NCBI GenBank assembly: GCA_016845305.1
Contig: JAERSW010000042.1
Span: 17,923-81,922 of the forward strand
Direction of reading: 5' to 3'
DNA from: Acidimicrobiales bacterium
GTDB taxonomy: Bacteria > Actinomycetota > Acidimicrobiia > Acidimicrobiales > MedAcidi-G1
Length of the DNA stretch: 64,000 nt
Part shown: positions 42,778 through 52,532 of the stretch, piece by piece
How positions within the stretch are numbered: position 1 is the first letter of the stretch
How the letters are laid out: every line of letters begins with the position of its first letter
Notes under the pieces: generated by a model
What the model was told of the DNA's origin: nothing
Seen by the model: only the letters and a program-made list of their open reading frames with translations
The model's database searches: none
Made by a program: the position numbers and the translations under genes

Positions 42778-43752
42778 TCACGCGCAGTTCGGCGCCCACT
42801 CCGGGTCGAGCATCCCGCCGGCCACCAGCCACCGGACGGTGTCGGCCAGCGTCTCGGACACCGGCCGCCACGACCCGAGGCCGCTGTCGGCCAGCAGGGC
42901 GGCGTCGTCGCCGGGCACGATCCCCAGCATGATCTCGACGGCCTCGTCGTCGACCATGCCGGCGAGCGCGGAGGCCGGCGTCGGGAACAGCGCCCGGTCG
43001 CGACCGGTCACCTCGGTCACCCGGGCGTGGAATTCGTCCCAGGTCATGTAGGTCCCGCCGGCCACGTAGCGATTCGGACCCCGACCGGGGACCATCAGGC
43101 CGGCGATGGCCGCCCCGAGGTCGCGGACGTCGACGAGCAGCCAGCCCCCGGAGGCGAGGCTCATCATGATCTCGGTCGACAGGGTGGGGATGAGGTTGGC
43201 GGCCAGCACGTTGAGGCCCAGGTCGTCCGGTCCCACCACGCCGGCCGGGTAGACGATCGACACCGGAGCGCCGGCGGCCTGCATGGCCCGGGCGTGCTCC
43301 TCGGCGACGGCCTTCGAGGCGTTGTAGGGGTTGCCCCCGCCCTGCACCGGGTCGTCGCCGGACAGCACGTCGCCGGTGGGCGGGAAGATGACCGACATCG
43401 TCGACAGGTGCACGATCGGGTCGCAGCCGGCGGCGGCCGCCGCGTCCAACACGTTGACGGCGCCGGGGGCGTTGACGTCAAGCGCCCGGTGCATCTGCTC
43501 CGGGTCGAGGCTGGTGAACGCCGCGGTGTGCACGCAGGCGTCACAGCCCTCCAGTGCCGAGGCCACGGCCGCGGCGTCGGTCATGTCGCCGACGACGGCC
43601 TCGACCGGTCCGTCGATCCCGTGCAGGTCCCGGACCCGATCCAACTTGTCGGCGTCGCGCACCAGCGCCCGCACCTCGTGACCGGCGTCGAGCAGCGCCT
43701 TCAACGCATGTCCCCCGATGAACCCCGTCGCTCCGGTCAGCATCACCTTCAC
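42778..43752 (-). CDS. NAD-dependent epimerase/dehydratase family oxidoreductase
   Basis: VKVMLTGATGFIGGHALKALLDAGHEVRALVRD...NPYNASKAVAEE (YxxxK). Confidence 0.85.
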   Translation of the reverse strand: MKVMLTGATGFIGGHALKALLDAGHEVRALVRDADKLDRVRDLHGIDGPVEAVVGDMTDAAAVASALEGCDACVHTAAFTSLDPEQMHRALDVNAPGAVNVLDAAAAAGCDPIVHLSTMSVIFPPTGDVLSGDDPVQGGGNPYNASKAVAEEHARAMQAAGAPVSIVYPAGVVGPDDLGLNVLAANLIPTLSTEIMMSLASGGWLLVDVRDLGAAIAGLMVPGRGPNRYVAGGTYMTWDEFHARVTEVTGRDRALFPTPASALAGMVDDEAVEIMLGIVPGDDAALLADSGLGSWRPVSETLADTVRWLVAGGMLDPEWAPNCA

Positions 43753-43816
43753 GTCGATCCCCCGATCGGCTCGCCTGACGGACCCGGTGGACCGTAGCCC
43801 CGGTCGGCGGGGTTGG

Positions 43817-44584
43817 TCAGCGGCCGAAGCCGGCGAGGCGCTCGGCGGTGTCACCGATCGGGTAGCCCATCGAGGCCTCGTAGGCGAGGCCCTCGCCGAG
43901 AGGGCGTTCCATGGCCTCGCGGTAGAGGTCCTTGTAGGCGGCCAGCGACCCGGCGCTGTTGGCCAGCAGGGCGTCGACCAGTTCGGCCATGGCGTCGTCC
44001 AGGTCGTCGGCCGGGACGGAGCGGGTGACCAGGCCCATGGCCGCCGCCTCGGCGCCGCTGAACGTCCGCGCCGTGTAGGACAGCTCGCGGGCCGCGGCCA
44101 TGCCGACGAGTCGCGGCAGGCGCTGGCTCATCCCCCACGTGGGACGGAGGCCGAACCTGGCGTGGGTGTCGCCCAACTTGGCGGCCTCCACGACGACGGC
44201 CAGGTCGCAGGCCAGGGCCAGCTCGAGGGCGCCGGTGAAGCAGTGGCCGTTGAGCCTGGCCACCGTCGGCTTGGGCATGGTCGACAGCAGGCCGGTGACC
44301 CGTCGGGCCGGCGCGTCCAGCGGCTCGCCCACGACGCCGTCCACCGGCTCCTCCCCGGACATCCGGCCACCGAGGGCCTTGAGGTCCACGCCGGCGCAGA
44401 ACGCCCGGCCGGCGCCGGTGAGCACCACCACCCGCACGTCGTCGTCGGCCGCGGCATCGTCGAGCGCGTCGCCGAGGGCCACCAGCATCGACGGCGTGAT
44501 GGCGTTGAGCGCCTCGGGACGGTTCAGGGTGACGGTGGTGACCGGTCCGTTCCGGTCCACGAGTACCTCGGCGTCAGACGGCAC
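43817..44584 (-). CDS. enoyl-CoA hydratase/isomerase (crotonase) family
   Basis: VTLNRPEALNAI...VVVLTGAGRAFCAGVDLK...NGHCFTGALELALACD. Confidence 0.9.
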   Translation of the reverse strand: MPSDAEVLVDRNGPVTTVTLNRPEALNAITPSMLVALGDALDDAAADDDVRVVVLTGAGRAFCAGVDLKALGGRMSGEEPVDGVVGEPLDAPARRVTGLLSTMPKPTVARLNGHCFTGALELALACDLAVVVEAAKLGDTHARFGLRPTWGMSQRLPRLVGMAAARELSYTARTFSGAEAAAMGLVTRSVPADDLDDAMAELVDALLANSAGSLAAYKDLYREAMERPLGEGLAYEASMGYPIGDTAERLAGFGR

Positions 44585-46109
44585 GTTCGCGTCCCTCCCA
44601 GTAGGCGTCGCGCAGGTAGCGCTTCTTCAACTTGCCGGTGGCCTCCCGGGGCAGGGCCTCGTGGACGTCGACCGACTTCGGACACTTGTACCCGGCGAGG
44701 CGACCGCGGCACCAGTCGAGCAGCTCGGCCTCGGTGGCCGTCGCGCCAGTCTCGAACTGGACGGCGGCCTTGACCTGCTCGCCCCACTCGTCGTCGGGAA
44801 TGCCGAACACCGCGCAGTCGGCGACGGCCGGGTGGGCGACGAGGGCGGCCTCGACCTCGGCCGGGTACACGTTGGCCCCACCGGTGATGACCATGTCGAT
44901 CTTGCGGTCCGACAGGTACACGTAGCCCTCCTCGACGTGGCCGACGTCGCCGACCGTGAACCAGCCACCGGGGAGGCGGTTGGCCTCGGTCTTGTCGGGA
45001 TCGCCCACGTACTCCGGCTGGCCGTCGCCGCGCAGGAAGTAGAGGACGCCGGTCTGGCCGTCGGGCAGGCGTTCACCGTCGTCGTCGAAGGCGGCCACGG
45101 TGAGGAAGGCCGCCGGCTCGCCGATGGTGCCGGGACGCTCCCGCCACGCCTGCGGCGAGACCCGCAGCGGACCGGTGCCCTCCGACGAGCCGAACAGCTC
45201 GTTGACCACCGGGCCCCACCAGTCCAGGACCACCTCCTTGGCCCAGCGGGGACACGGCGCCCCGCCATGGACCACCGAGACCAGCGACGACAGGTCGTGG
45301 CGACCGGCCAGCTCGTCGACCCGCTTGGCGAGGCGGACGATGTGGGTGGGGACGATGCAGGCGCTGGTGACGGCCCGGTCCTCGATGGTGGCCAGAAAGC
45401 GTTCGGCGTCGAAGCGGTCCTCGAACACGATCGACTGGCCGAGGCCGAGCGCCGCGTTGTGGAAGGCGCTCGGCATGGCGTGGTACATCGGGCTGACCAC
45501 CAGGTGCGGGCCGTGGTCGGGGAGGTCGTAGAAGCGCCCCCAGTTGGCCGACATGCCGGTGAGCAGGTCGCGGGCCGAGCCGCTCTGGTCGGAGCGCTGG
45601 ACGCCCTTGGGTCGACCGGTCGTGCCCGAGGTGTAGTTGCGGACCGAGCCAGCGGGATCGTCCGGAGGCTCGACGTCGGGGTGGGCGGCCAACCAGTCCT
45701 CGAACGCGCCCGTCCCCGGCACCTCGTCGAGCACCACGATCCGGTCGAGGCCGACCATGGCCGCCGCCTCGCGTCCGACCTCGGCGTCGACGGCGTCGAC
45801 CACCAGCAGGCGGCTCTGGGAGTCCTCCAGCAGGTAGGCCACCTCGTCGGCGGTGAGGTGCCAGTTGAGGGGCACGTACCGGGTCCCGGCCCGCATGCTG
45901 CCCAGCACCATGGGCGCCCACTCGATGCGATTGTGGGCCATCAAGGCCCAGCGGTCGCCGACGCCGAGCCCCTCGGCGGCCAGTGCGGCGGCGAATCGGC
46001 GGGCCCGCTCCTCGAGCCCCGCCCAGGAGTAGGTGGCGCCGCCGGACACGGCGGAGACGGCGATGCCGTCGGGATCGGCGTCGGTCCGGGGGAGCAGGTT
46101 GCTGGGCAT
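44574..46109 (-). CDS. AMP-dependent acyl-CoA synthetase/ligase
   Basis: 511 aa: ...VRNYTSGTTGRPKGV...GEP...WFTVGDVG...DRKIDMVITGGANVYPAEVE...GKLKKRYL. Confidence 0.92.
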   Translation of the reverse strand: MPSNLLPRTDADPDGIAVSAVSGGATYSWAGLEERARRFAAALAAEGLGVGDRWALMAHNRIEWAPMVLGSMRAGTRYVPLNWHLTADEVAYLLEDSQSRLLVVDAVDAEVGREAAAMVGLDRIVVLDEVPGTGAFEDWLAAHPDVEPPDDPAGSVRNYTSGTTGRPKGVQRSDQSGSARDLLTGMSANWGRFYDLPDHGPHLVVSPMYHAMPSAFHNAALGLGQSIVFEDRFDAERFLATIEDRAVTSACIVPTHIVRLAKRVDELAGRHDLSSLVSVVHGGAPCPRWAKEVVLDWWGPVVNELFGSSEGTGPLRVSPQAWRERPGTIGEPAAFLTVAAFDDDGERLPDGQTGVLYFLRGDGQPEYVGDPDKTEANRLPGGWFTVGDVGHVEEGYVYLSDRKIDMVITGGANVYPAEVEAALVAHPAVADCAVFGIPDDEWGEQVKAAVQFETGATATEAELLDWCRGRLAGYKCPKSVDVHEALPREATGKLKKRYLRDAYWEGRERAV

Positions 46110-46202
46110 GGGACCTCCGTGGACGTCGGGCCGACGCGGATGGGAACGGGTCGATAACGCCGGTTATCGCCGGACGCCGGAACGCGCTACTCTGGTCGGC
46201 GA

Positions 46203-46222
46203 GGTTAGCCAAACGGCTAACA
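46203..46222. promoter_or_regulatory. 20-bp palindromic operator, copy a (GGTTAGCCAAACGGCTAACA)
   Basis: Lies in the divergent region between the acyl-CoA synthetase (start 46109) and ferredoxin-P450 (start 46263). Same motif as at 57319, 57341, 57416, 60741 and 63795. Confidence 0.7.
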
Positions 46223-46262
46223 ACCCCGGGCATCCGGGTCGTCCGAGGGAGGGACGCCGCCG

Positions 46263-46460
46263 ATGAAGATCGTGATCGACGCCGAGAAGTGCGAGGGCCA
46301 CAGCCGCTGCTACTCGCTGGCCCCCGACCTGGTCGACGTGGACGACCTCGGCAACGCGCTGGTGCTCGGCGACGGCACCGTGCCCGAGGGCCTCGAGGAC
46401 AAGGCCCGGCTCATCGTCGACAACTGCCCCGAGTACGCCATCACCATCGAGGAGGACTGA
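46263..46460 (+). CDS. ferredoxin (single-cluster, P450 redox partner type)
   Basis: MKIVIDAEKCEGHSRCYSLAPDL...DNCPEYAITIEED. 65 aa, located 4 nt upstream of the P450. Confidence 0.88.
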   Translation: MKIVIDAEKCEGHSRCYSLAPDLVDVDDLGNALVLGDGTVPEGLEDKARLIVDNCPEYAITIEED

Positions 46461-46464
46461 ACCG

Positions 46465-47718
46465 ATGACCGACACGGCGGACGCCCACACCGACGAGGCC
46501 CCCGCTCCCGGCGGCCCTTGCCCGGTCACCGACCTGGCCACCGACTACGACATGTTCGACCCGGACTACCTCCGGGATCCCTTCTCGGCCTGGGCCGAGT
46601 TGCGGACCGAGGGCTGCCCCATCGCCCACACCGAGCGCTACGGCGGCTCGTGGCTGCCGACCCGCTACGACGACCTGCAGGCCCTGGCCAAGATGGTGCC
46701 CGAGCTGTCGTCGAAGTCGCCGATCGTGATCGACATGCCCGACGCGCTCGTCAAGGACGACGCCACCGGGTACAACGCGGCCGCCCCCATCAGCGCCGAT
46801 CCGCCCGAGCAGAGCTGGACGCGCCGGGCGCTGCTCCCCCACTTCACCCCCAAGGGCGTGATGAAGGATCGGGAGTACACCGAGCGGCTCTGCCACGAGC
46901 TCATCGACGGCTTCATCGACGACGGCCGGTGCGACGCCGCGGTCGACTACGCCCAGCAGATCCCGCCGCGCGTCATCGCCCGCAAGCTGGGCGTCGACGA
47001 GGGCATGGTGGACGACTTCATCGAGTGGGTCCGCGGCGTGCTCGAGCTCGGCCTCCAGCAGCCCGAGCTCCGGGCCAAGTACCGCGACGTCATCCGGGAG
47101 TTCTTCGCCGCCGAGGTGGCCGACCGCCGGGCCAACCCGAAGGACGACCTCATCACGGCGCTGTGCCAGACCGAGCACGAGGGCGAGCTGCTGCCCGACG
47201 AGGTGGTCATCGGCATGTGCAACCTGCAGCTGGTGGCCGGCATCGACACCACCTGGTCGTCGATCGGCTCCGCGCTGTGGCACTTCGCCGGCAACGAGGA
47301 CGACCGTCGCCGCATGGTGGCCGAGCCCGAGCTGTGGGACACCGCCGTCGAGGAGCTGCTGCGCTTCTACGCCCCGGTCACCATGGCCCGCAACGCCGCC
47401 GAGGACGTCGAGTACGGCGGGATCACGTTCAAGAAGGGCGACAAGATCCTCATGAACTTCCCGGGCGCCAACCACGACCCGGACCACTTCGAGGATCCCC
47501 ACGAGGTACAGCTGGACCGCCAGCGCAACCGGCACGTGGCCTTCGGCATCGGCATCCACCGCTGTGCCGGGTCGAACCTGGCCCGCATGGAGATGGAGGT
47601 GGCGCTCAAGACGTGGTTCGAGCGCATCCCCGAGTTCACGCTGTCCGACCCGGACGCCGTGACGTGGGCCGGCGGCCAGGTCCGCGGGCCGCGCATCATC
47701 CCCGTCACCTTCGGCTAG
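46465..47718 (+). CDS. cytochrome P450
   Basis: 417 aa with AGIDTT (I-helix), ELLR (ExxR) and FGIGIHRCAGSNLA (heme-thiolate loop). Confidence 0.93.
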   Translation: MTDTADAHTDEAPAPGGPCPVTDLATDYDMFDPDYLRDPFSAWAELRTEGCPIAHTERYGGSWLPTRYDDLQALAKMVPELSSKSPIVIDMPDALVKDDATGYNAAAPISADPPEQSWTRRALLPHFTPKGVMKDREYTERLCHELIDGFIDDGRCDAAVDYAQQIPPRVIARKLGVDEGMVDDFIEWVRGVLELGLQQPELRAKYRDVIREFFAAEVADRRANPKDDLITALCQTEHEGELLPDEVVIGMCNLQLVAGIDTTWSSIGSALWHFAGNEDDRRRMVAEPELWDTAVEELLRFYAPVTMARNAAEDVEYGGITFKKGDKILMNFPGANHDPDHFEDPHEVQLDRQRNRHVAFGIGIHRCAGSNLARMEMEVALKTWFERIPEFTLSDPDAVTWAGGQVRGPRIIPVTFG

Positions 47719-47728
47719 GGGTCACGCC

Positions 47729-47789
47729 CGTTCCGGAGCGCTCGCCGCTCCGGGGCCGGGGACTCGTTCCGGAGCGCTCGCCGCTCCGG
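47729..47789. repeat. two identical 25-bp hairpin-forming repeats between convergent genes (bidirectional terminator or REP-like unit)
   Basis: CGTTCCGGAGCGCTCGCCGCTCCGG occurs at 47729-47753 and again at 47765-47789. Each contains CCGGAGCG-CTCGC-CGCTCCGG (8-bp stem). Confidence 0.85.
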
Positions 47790-47798
47790 AACCGGGAA

Positions 47799-50129
47799 CT
47801 ATTGCGCCACGGACTCGGCGTGCAGCATCCCGGCGGCCACGGCCGCACGGGTGGCCTCGTCGACGCCGGTCAGCACCTCCACGGTGACGCCGTGGATGGT
47901 CGCCGTGCACGCGAAGCCGTGGGGGTACGGCCCCACCGGTGACGCGGTGTCGACGCCGACGTCGAACGTCTCGCCACCCATCGAGTAGACGACGGGCACC
48001 GTCCGGTCCAGGCGGGCCTGGCCCACGACGCGTCCGTCGACGGCCAACGTCGCCGTCCCGCCGGCGGCGAACCCGCCGTCGGAGTCGAACAGCACCGCCA
48101 CCTCGTGGGGCCCCGGTCCCAGCGGGACGTCCGCGGCCACCGTGGTGCGCTCGTGGCCGTAGAGGTTGTAGTGCCAGGTGGGCCGGCCCTCGTCGAGGTA
48201 GATCGTCCAGCCGTTGAAGCTGCCGCCGTGGCTCACGACGACACCCTCGGGTATCCCCCCGCCGGCCGGGACCTCGAGGTCGCAGGTGATGCGGTACGAA
48301 CGGTTCTTGGTGTTGAGCACGGTGCGCTCCGGCATGCGGACGTGCGCCGTGGTGTAGGTCATGCGGGTCACGCCCGCCGGCACCGACGGGGCCCGGGCCG
48401 CCGGATCCAGGTTCGGCGTGGCGTCGCGCAACGGGTAGACGCCGTTGCGGCGGCACTCGGCGTCGAACAGCTCCTGCATCTCGGCGAGGCGCTCGGGCTG
48501 CTCGTCGGCCAGGTCGCGACCCTGCGAGAAGTCGTCGCGCAGGTCGTAGAGCTCCCACCGCTCCTGGGGGCCGTCGAACGGCGCCGACCCGAACCGCTCC
48601 CACGGGACCCGACCGTGGAAGCACGAGGCCATGAAGCCGTCGTGGTACAGGCCGCGGTTGCCCATCATCTCGAAGTACTGGGTGCGCCGCCCCTCGACGC
48701 CCGGGTCGTCGAAGGCGTCCAGCATCGACATGCCCTCCACGGGCATCTGCTCGATCCCGTTCACGTGCGTCGGCGCCTCGACGCCCGCCGCGGCGAGGAT
48801 GGTCGGGGCCAGGTCGACCACGTGGTGGAACTGGTCGCGCAGGCCGCCGGCGTCGGTGATGCGCCGCGGCCACGACACCGCCAGGCCGTTGCGGGTCCCC
48901 CCGAAGTGCGACGCCACCTGCTTCATCCACTGGAACGGGGCGTCCAGCGCCCACGCCCAGCCCACGTTGTAGTGGCACTCGCTGCGGACCGTGCCCATGT
49001 CGTCGAGGTGCTCGAGCAGGAACTCCGGGTCCTCCTCCACCCCGTTCTGCAGGGCGGGCAGCGACCACGTCCCGTGGATGCGGCCCTCGGCCGACGCCCC
49101 GTTGTCGCCGGTGACGTAGACGAAGAGGGTGTCCTCCCACTCGCCCAGGTCGTCGATGGCGTCGATGAGGCGGGCCACCTGGGCGTCGGTGTGGGCGAGG
49201 AACGCGGCGTACACCTCCATGAGCCGTCGGGCCACCGGCTTGTACCGGTCCGGGTACTCGTCCCACGACGGGATGACGTCCGGCCGGGCGGTGTTCGCGG
49301 TGGCCGGCGGGATCACGCCCATGGCCAGCTGGCGTTCGAAGATGGACTGGCGCAGGTCGTCCCACCCGTCGTCGAAGGCGCCGCGGTAGGCGTCCAGCCA
49401 GGCGTCGGGCACGTGCAACGGCGTGTGGACGGCGCCCGGCGCGAAGTAGCAGAACCACGGCTTGTCGGGGCGGTGGGCCCGGACCCGTTGGATCCACTCG
49501 ATGGCCTTGTCGGCCATGTCCTCGGTGAGGTGGTAGTCGTCGCGGCCCTCGTAGGGGGCGATCGGGGTGGTCTGGTCGTAGAGGTCGGGTTCGAACTGCG
49601 ACGTCTCGGCGCCGGGGAAGCCGTAGAAGCGGTCGAAGCCGAGGCCGGTGGGCCACCGGTCGAACGGTCCGGCCGGGCCCATCTCCCAGATCGGGGTGAG
49701 GTGGCCCTTGCCGAACATGCCGGTCGTGTAGCCGTTCTGGCGCAGCACCTCGGCCACGGTGGCCGCCTCGCGGGGGATGACGGAGTCGTAGGCCGGGAAC
49801 GAGTTGGCCGCCTCGGTGATGCGGCCCATGTGGACGGTGTGGTGGTTGCGGCCCGTCAGCAGCGTGGCCCGGGTGGGGGCGCAGATGGCGGTGGTGTGGA
49901 ACCGGTTGAACCGCAGGCCGTCGGCGGCCACCCGTTCGAGGCCGGGCGCGGCGACCGGACCGCCGAAGCTGGAGAACGCCCCGAAGCCGACGTCGTCGAG
50001 CAGGACCACGACCACGTTGGGCGCCCCGTCGGGGGCATGGTCGAGGTCGAGCGGCACCGGGTCGCAGTCCTCGGTGAGCCGGCCGATGGTGCCGCCGTAG
50101 GCCGTGGTGGGTCGGGGGATGGCGGTCAT
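47799..50129 (-). CDS. arylsulfatase (type I sulfatase, formylglycine-dependent)
   Basis: Internal ATG (cat 50127-50129): MTAIPRPTTAYGG...NVVVVLLDDVGFGAFSSFGG...FHTTAICAPTRATLLTGRNHH (C-x-P-x-R). 776 aa. Confidence 0.9.
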   Translation of the reverse strand: MTAIPRPTTAYGGTIGRLTEDCDPVPLDLDHAPDGAPNVVVVLLDDVGFGAFSSFGGPVAAPGLERVAADGLRFNRFHTTAICAPTRATLLTGRNHHTVHMGRITEAANSFPAYDSVIPREAATVAEVLRQNGYTTGMFGKGHLTPIWEMGPAGPFDRWPTGLGFDRFYGFPGAETSQFEPDLYDQTTPIAPYEGRDDYHLTEDMADKAIEWIQRVRAHRPDKPWFCYFAPGAVHTPLHVPDAWLDAYRGAFDDGWDDLRQSIFERQLAMGVIPPATANTARPDVIPSWDEYPDRYKPVARRLMEVYAAFLAHTDAQVARLIDAIDDLGEWEDTLFVYVTGDNGASAEGRIHGTWSLPALQNGVEEDPEFLLEHLDDMGTVRSECHYNVGWAWALDAPFQWMKQVASHFGGTRNGLAVSWPRRITDAGGLRDQFHHVVDLAPTILAAAGVEAPTHVNGIEQMPVEGMSMLDAFDDPGVEGRRTQYFEMMGNRGLYHDGFMASCFHGRVPWERFGSAPFDGPQERWELYDLRDDFSQGRDLADEQPERLAEMQELFDAECRRNGVYPLRDATPNLDPAARAPSVPAGVTRMTYTTAHVRMPERTVLNTKNRSYRITCDLEVPAGGGIPEGVVVSHGGSFNGWTIYLDEGRPTWHYNLYGHERTTVAADVPLGPGPHEVAVLFDSDGGFAAGGTATLAVDGRVVGQARLDRTVPVVYSMGGETFDVGVDTASPVGPYPHGFACTATIHGVTVEVLTGVDEATRAAVAAGMLHAESVAQ

Positions 50130-50185
50130 CGGCGGGCCGGTTCCTCGCTGGAGTGGAGTCGGGTGGGAAGAAGTCGGGTGGTGGG

Positions 50186-51484
50186 TCAGACGCTGCCGAC
50201 CGGACCGAAGGTACCTGCCGACCGCAGCTCGATGATCCGTCCGGCGGAGAGGCCGATCTCGGCCAGCACCGCATCGGTGTGCTCGCCCAACCCCGGCGAC
50301 GGTCCGGCCAGGCCGGTGGGTGCGGCGCCCAGGGCCACCGGCATGCCAGCCGTCGTGTAGCGACCGAAGGTCGGATGGTCCAGCTCGACGACGAACCCGT
50401 TGGCCCGGACCTGGGGGTCGTCGAGCGCCTCGTCGGGCAGGTTGTAGCGACCGCACGGGTAGCCCGCGGCGCGCAGGTCGGCCAACCACTGTTCGGTGGT
50501 CCGTTCGGCGAAGCATCGCTCGGCGGCATCCACGACGGCCAGGAACTCCGGCGACCCGGCCGACGCGTCCCTCGGCGGCCGCTCCACCCCGGTGACCTCG
50601 TGGAACCTGGCGTGGAGGCCCGGGGAGAGTCCGGCGACCGACACCAGGCCGTCGGACGTGGCGTACGTCCGGAAGTACAGCCGGAACGCCGTCTGGCCCT
50701 GGAGGGCCGACCCCTCGTAGAGGTCGCGCTGTTCGTCGAACCCGCCGCCATCGGCCCGTAGGTCGGCCAGGGCCGAACGGTCCGCCTCGTCCTGGTCGGC
50801 CAGGGCCTCGAACCGGTGGAGCACCGCGGTGCCCAACCCGAGGGCGGTCGACAGCAGGGAGGTGTCGACCCGCTGGCCCTCGCCGGTCCGGTCGCGGTGT
50901 CGGAGGGCGGCCAGGACGCCCAGGGCCGAGACCATGCCCGTCCCGAAGTCGTTGACGGCCGGACGGGTGGGCAGGGGCACGCCGTCCGACGACCGGTTCA
51001 TGAGGAAGCCGGCGCCGCTCAGCCCCTGCACCAGGACGTCGTAACCACCCTCGTCGGCCGCCGGCCCTTCGGGCCCGAACGGGGTGTGGGTCAGGTGGAC
51101 CAGCGTGGGGTCGACGGTCCGGGCATGGTCCCAGCCGATCCCGTAGCGGTCGAGGTCCGATCCCTTGACCCCCACGATGGCCACGTCGGCCCAGCGGAAC
51201 AGGCCGTCGCGTACCTCGGGGGCACCGTCGGCCCGGAGGTCCAGGACCATGCTCCGCTTGCCCGGGTTGATCGTGGCGTAGGCCCGGGCCTCGCCCGGTC
51301 CGAGGTCGGCCAGGCGACGCATGGCGTCCCCCTCCGGTGGTTCGACCTTGACGACGTCGGCCCCCATGCCGGCCAGCAGGCGGCCGCAGTACGGGACCGC
51401 CGCGTTCTGGGCGAACTCCACCACCCGGATCCCGTCCAGGACGCCCGGCGTGGATCCACCACCGTCCGGACGGGGGTCAGGCAC
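50186..51484 (-). CDS. family III CoA-transferase (CaiB/BaiF)
   Basis: GTG 51482-51484 overlaps the upstream stop region. GVLDGIRVVEFAQNAAVPYCGRLLAGMGADVVKVEPPEGD... Confidence 0.88.
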   Translation of the reverse strand: MPDPRPDGGGSTPGVLDGIRVVEFAQNAAVPYCGRLLAGMGADVVKVEPPEGDAMRRLADLGPGEARAYATINPGKRSMVLDLRADGAPEVRDGLFRWADVAIVGVKGSDLDRYGIGWDHARTVDPTLVHLTHTPFGPEGPAADEGGYDVLVQGLSGAGFLMNRSSDGVPLPTRPAVNDFGTGMVSALGVLAALRHRDRTGEGQRVDTSLLSTALGLGTAVLHRFEALADQDEADRSALADLRADGGGFDEQRDLYEGSALQGQTAFRLYFRTYATSDGLVSVAGLSPGLHARFHEVTGVERPPRDASAGSPEFLAVVDAAERCFAERTTEQWLADLRAAGYPCGRYNLPDEALDDPQVRANGFVVELDHPTFGRYTTAGMPVALGAAPTGLAGPSPGLGEHTDAVLAEIGLSAGRIIELRSAGTFGPVGSV

Positions 51485-52532
51485 CGACGGATCCCAGGGT
51501 GCCGACCGGCGCACCGCCCAGCATCGGACCACTGGTGTGGAGGTGGCAGGCCACCTCGCCGCCGGCCAGGGTCGGGGTGAACTCGGGGAACGACTCCCGA
51601 CAGACGTCCATCACGTGCGGGCAGCGGTCGGCGAAGGGACAGCCGTCCTCCGGCGCGTTGCCGACCGACCCGGCCGTGCCGATGGTCAGCGCCCGGCGAC
51701 GGGCCGACCGCCCGGTCTGGACCTCCGGATCGGGATCGGGGATCGAGGCCAGGAGGAGTTCGGTGTAGGGATGGGCCGGGGCGTCACAGATCCCGTCGGA
51801 CGGCCCCGTCTCCACGATCCGGCTGTGGTACATCACGGCGATCCGGTTGCACACGTGGCGCACCACGGCGAGGTCGTGGGCGATGAACAGGTAGGCCGCC
51901 GACGTCTCCCGCTGGAGTCGCTCCAGCAGGTTGATGACCTGGCTCTGGGTCGACACGTCGAGCGCCGAGACGGGTTCATCGAGCACCAGGAGGTCCGGGT
52001 CGGTGGCCAGGGCACGGGCCACGGCGATCCGCTGGCGCTGCCCTCCCGAGAACTCGTGGGGGTACCGGTTCAGGTGGTGGCGCTGGAGGCCGACCTGCTC
52101 GAGCAGGTCGCCGGCCCGGTCCTGGCGGGCCGCTCCGGACAGGCCGGCATGGATCCGCAGCGGCTCGCCCACGATGTCGCCCACCACCATCGACGGGTTC
52201 AGCGAACCCACCGGGTCCTGGAACACCACCTGGACGGCTCGACGGAACGACCGGGGGACCGATCCCTCGAACCCCGTGACGTCGAAGTCGCCCACCCGGA
52301 TCCGGCCGGACCGGGGCCGGATGAACCGGAGCACGGCCCGTCCGATGGTGGTCTTGCCCGAACCCGACTCACCGACCAGCCCCAGCGTGTCGCCCCGGGC
52401 GATGCTCAGGCTGACGTGCTGGACGGCCCGCACGTCGGGCAGTCGCTGCCAGGGCAGGAACCCCCGTCCACCCGGGAAGGTGATGCTGAGATCGTCGATC
52501 TCCAGGACGAGATCGTCGGCCGGACCGGTCAC
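51477..52532 (-). CDS. ABC transporter ATP-binding protein (DppF/OppF type)
   Basis: [27 protein letters not shown] and LVLDEPVSALD, plus the C-terminal oligopeptide-type extension with Cys residues. Confidence 0.92.
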   Translation of the reverse strand: MTGPADDLVLEIDDLSITFPGGRGFLPWQRLPDVRAVQHVSLSIARGDTLGLVGESGSGKTTIGRAVLRFIRPRSGRIRVGDFDVTGFEGSVPRSFRRAVQVVFQDPVGSLNPSMVVGDIVGEPLRIHAGLSGAARQDRAGDLLEQVGLQRHHLNRYPHEFSGGQRQRIAVARALATDPDLLVLDEPVSALDVSTQSQVINLLERLQRETSAAYLFIAHDLAVVRHVCNRIAVMYHSRIVETGPSDGICDAPAHPYTELLLASIPDPDPEVQTGRSARRRALTIGTAGSVGNAPEDGCPFADRCPHVMDVCRESFPEFTPTLAGGEVACHLHTSGPMLGGAPVGTLGSVGA

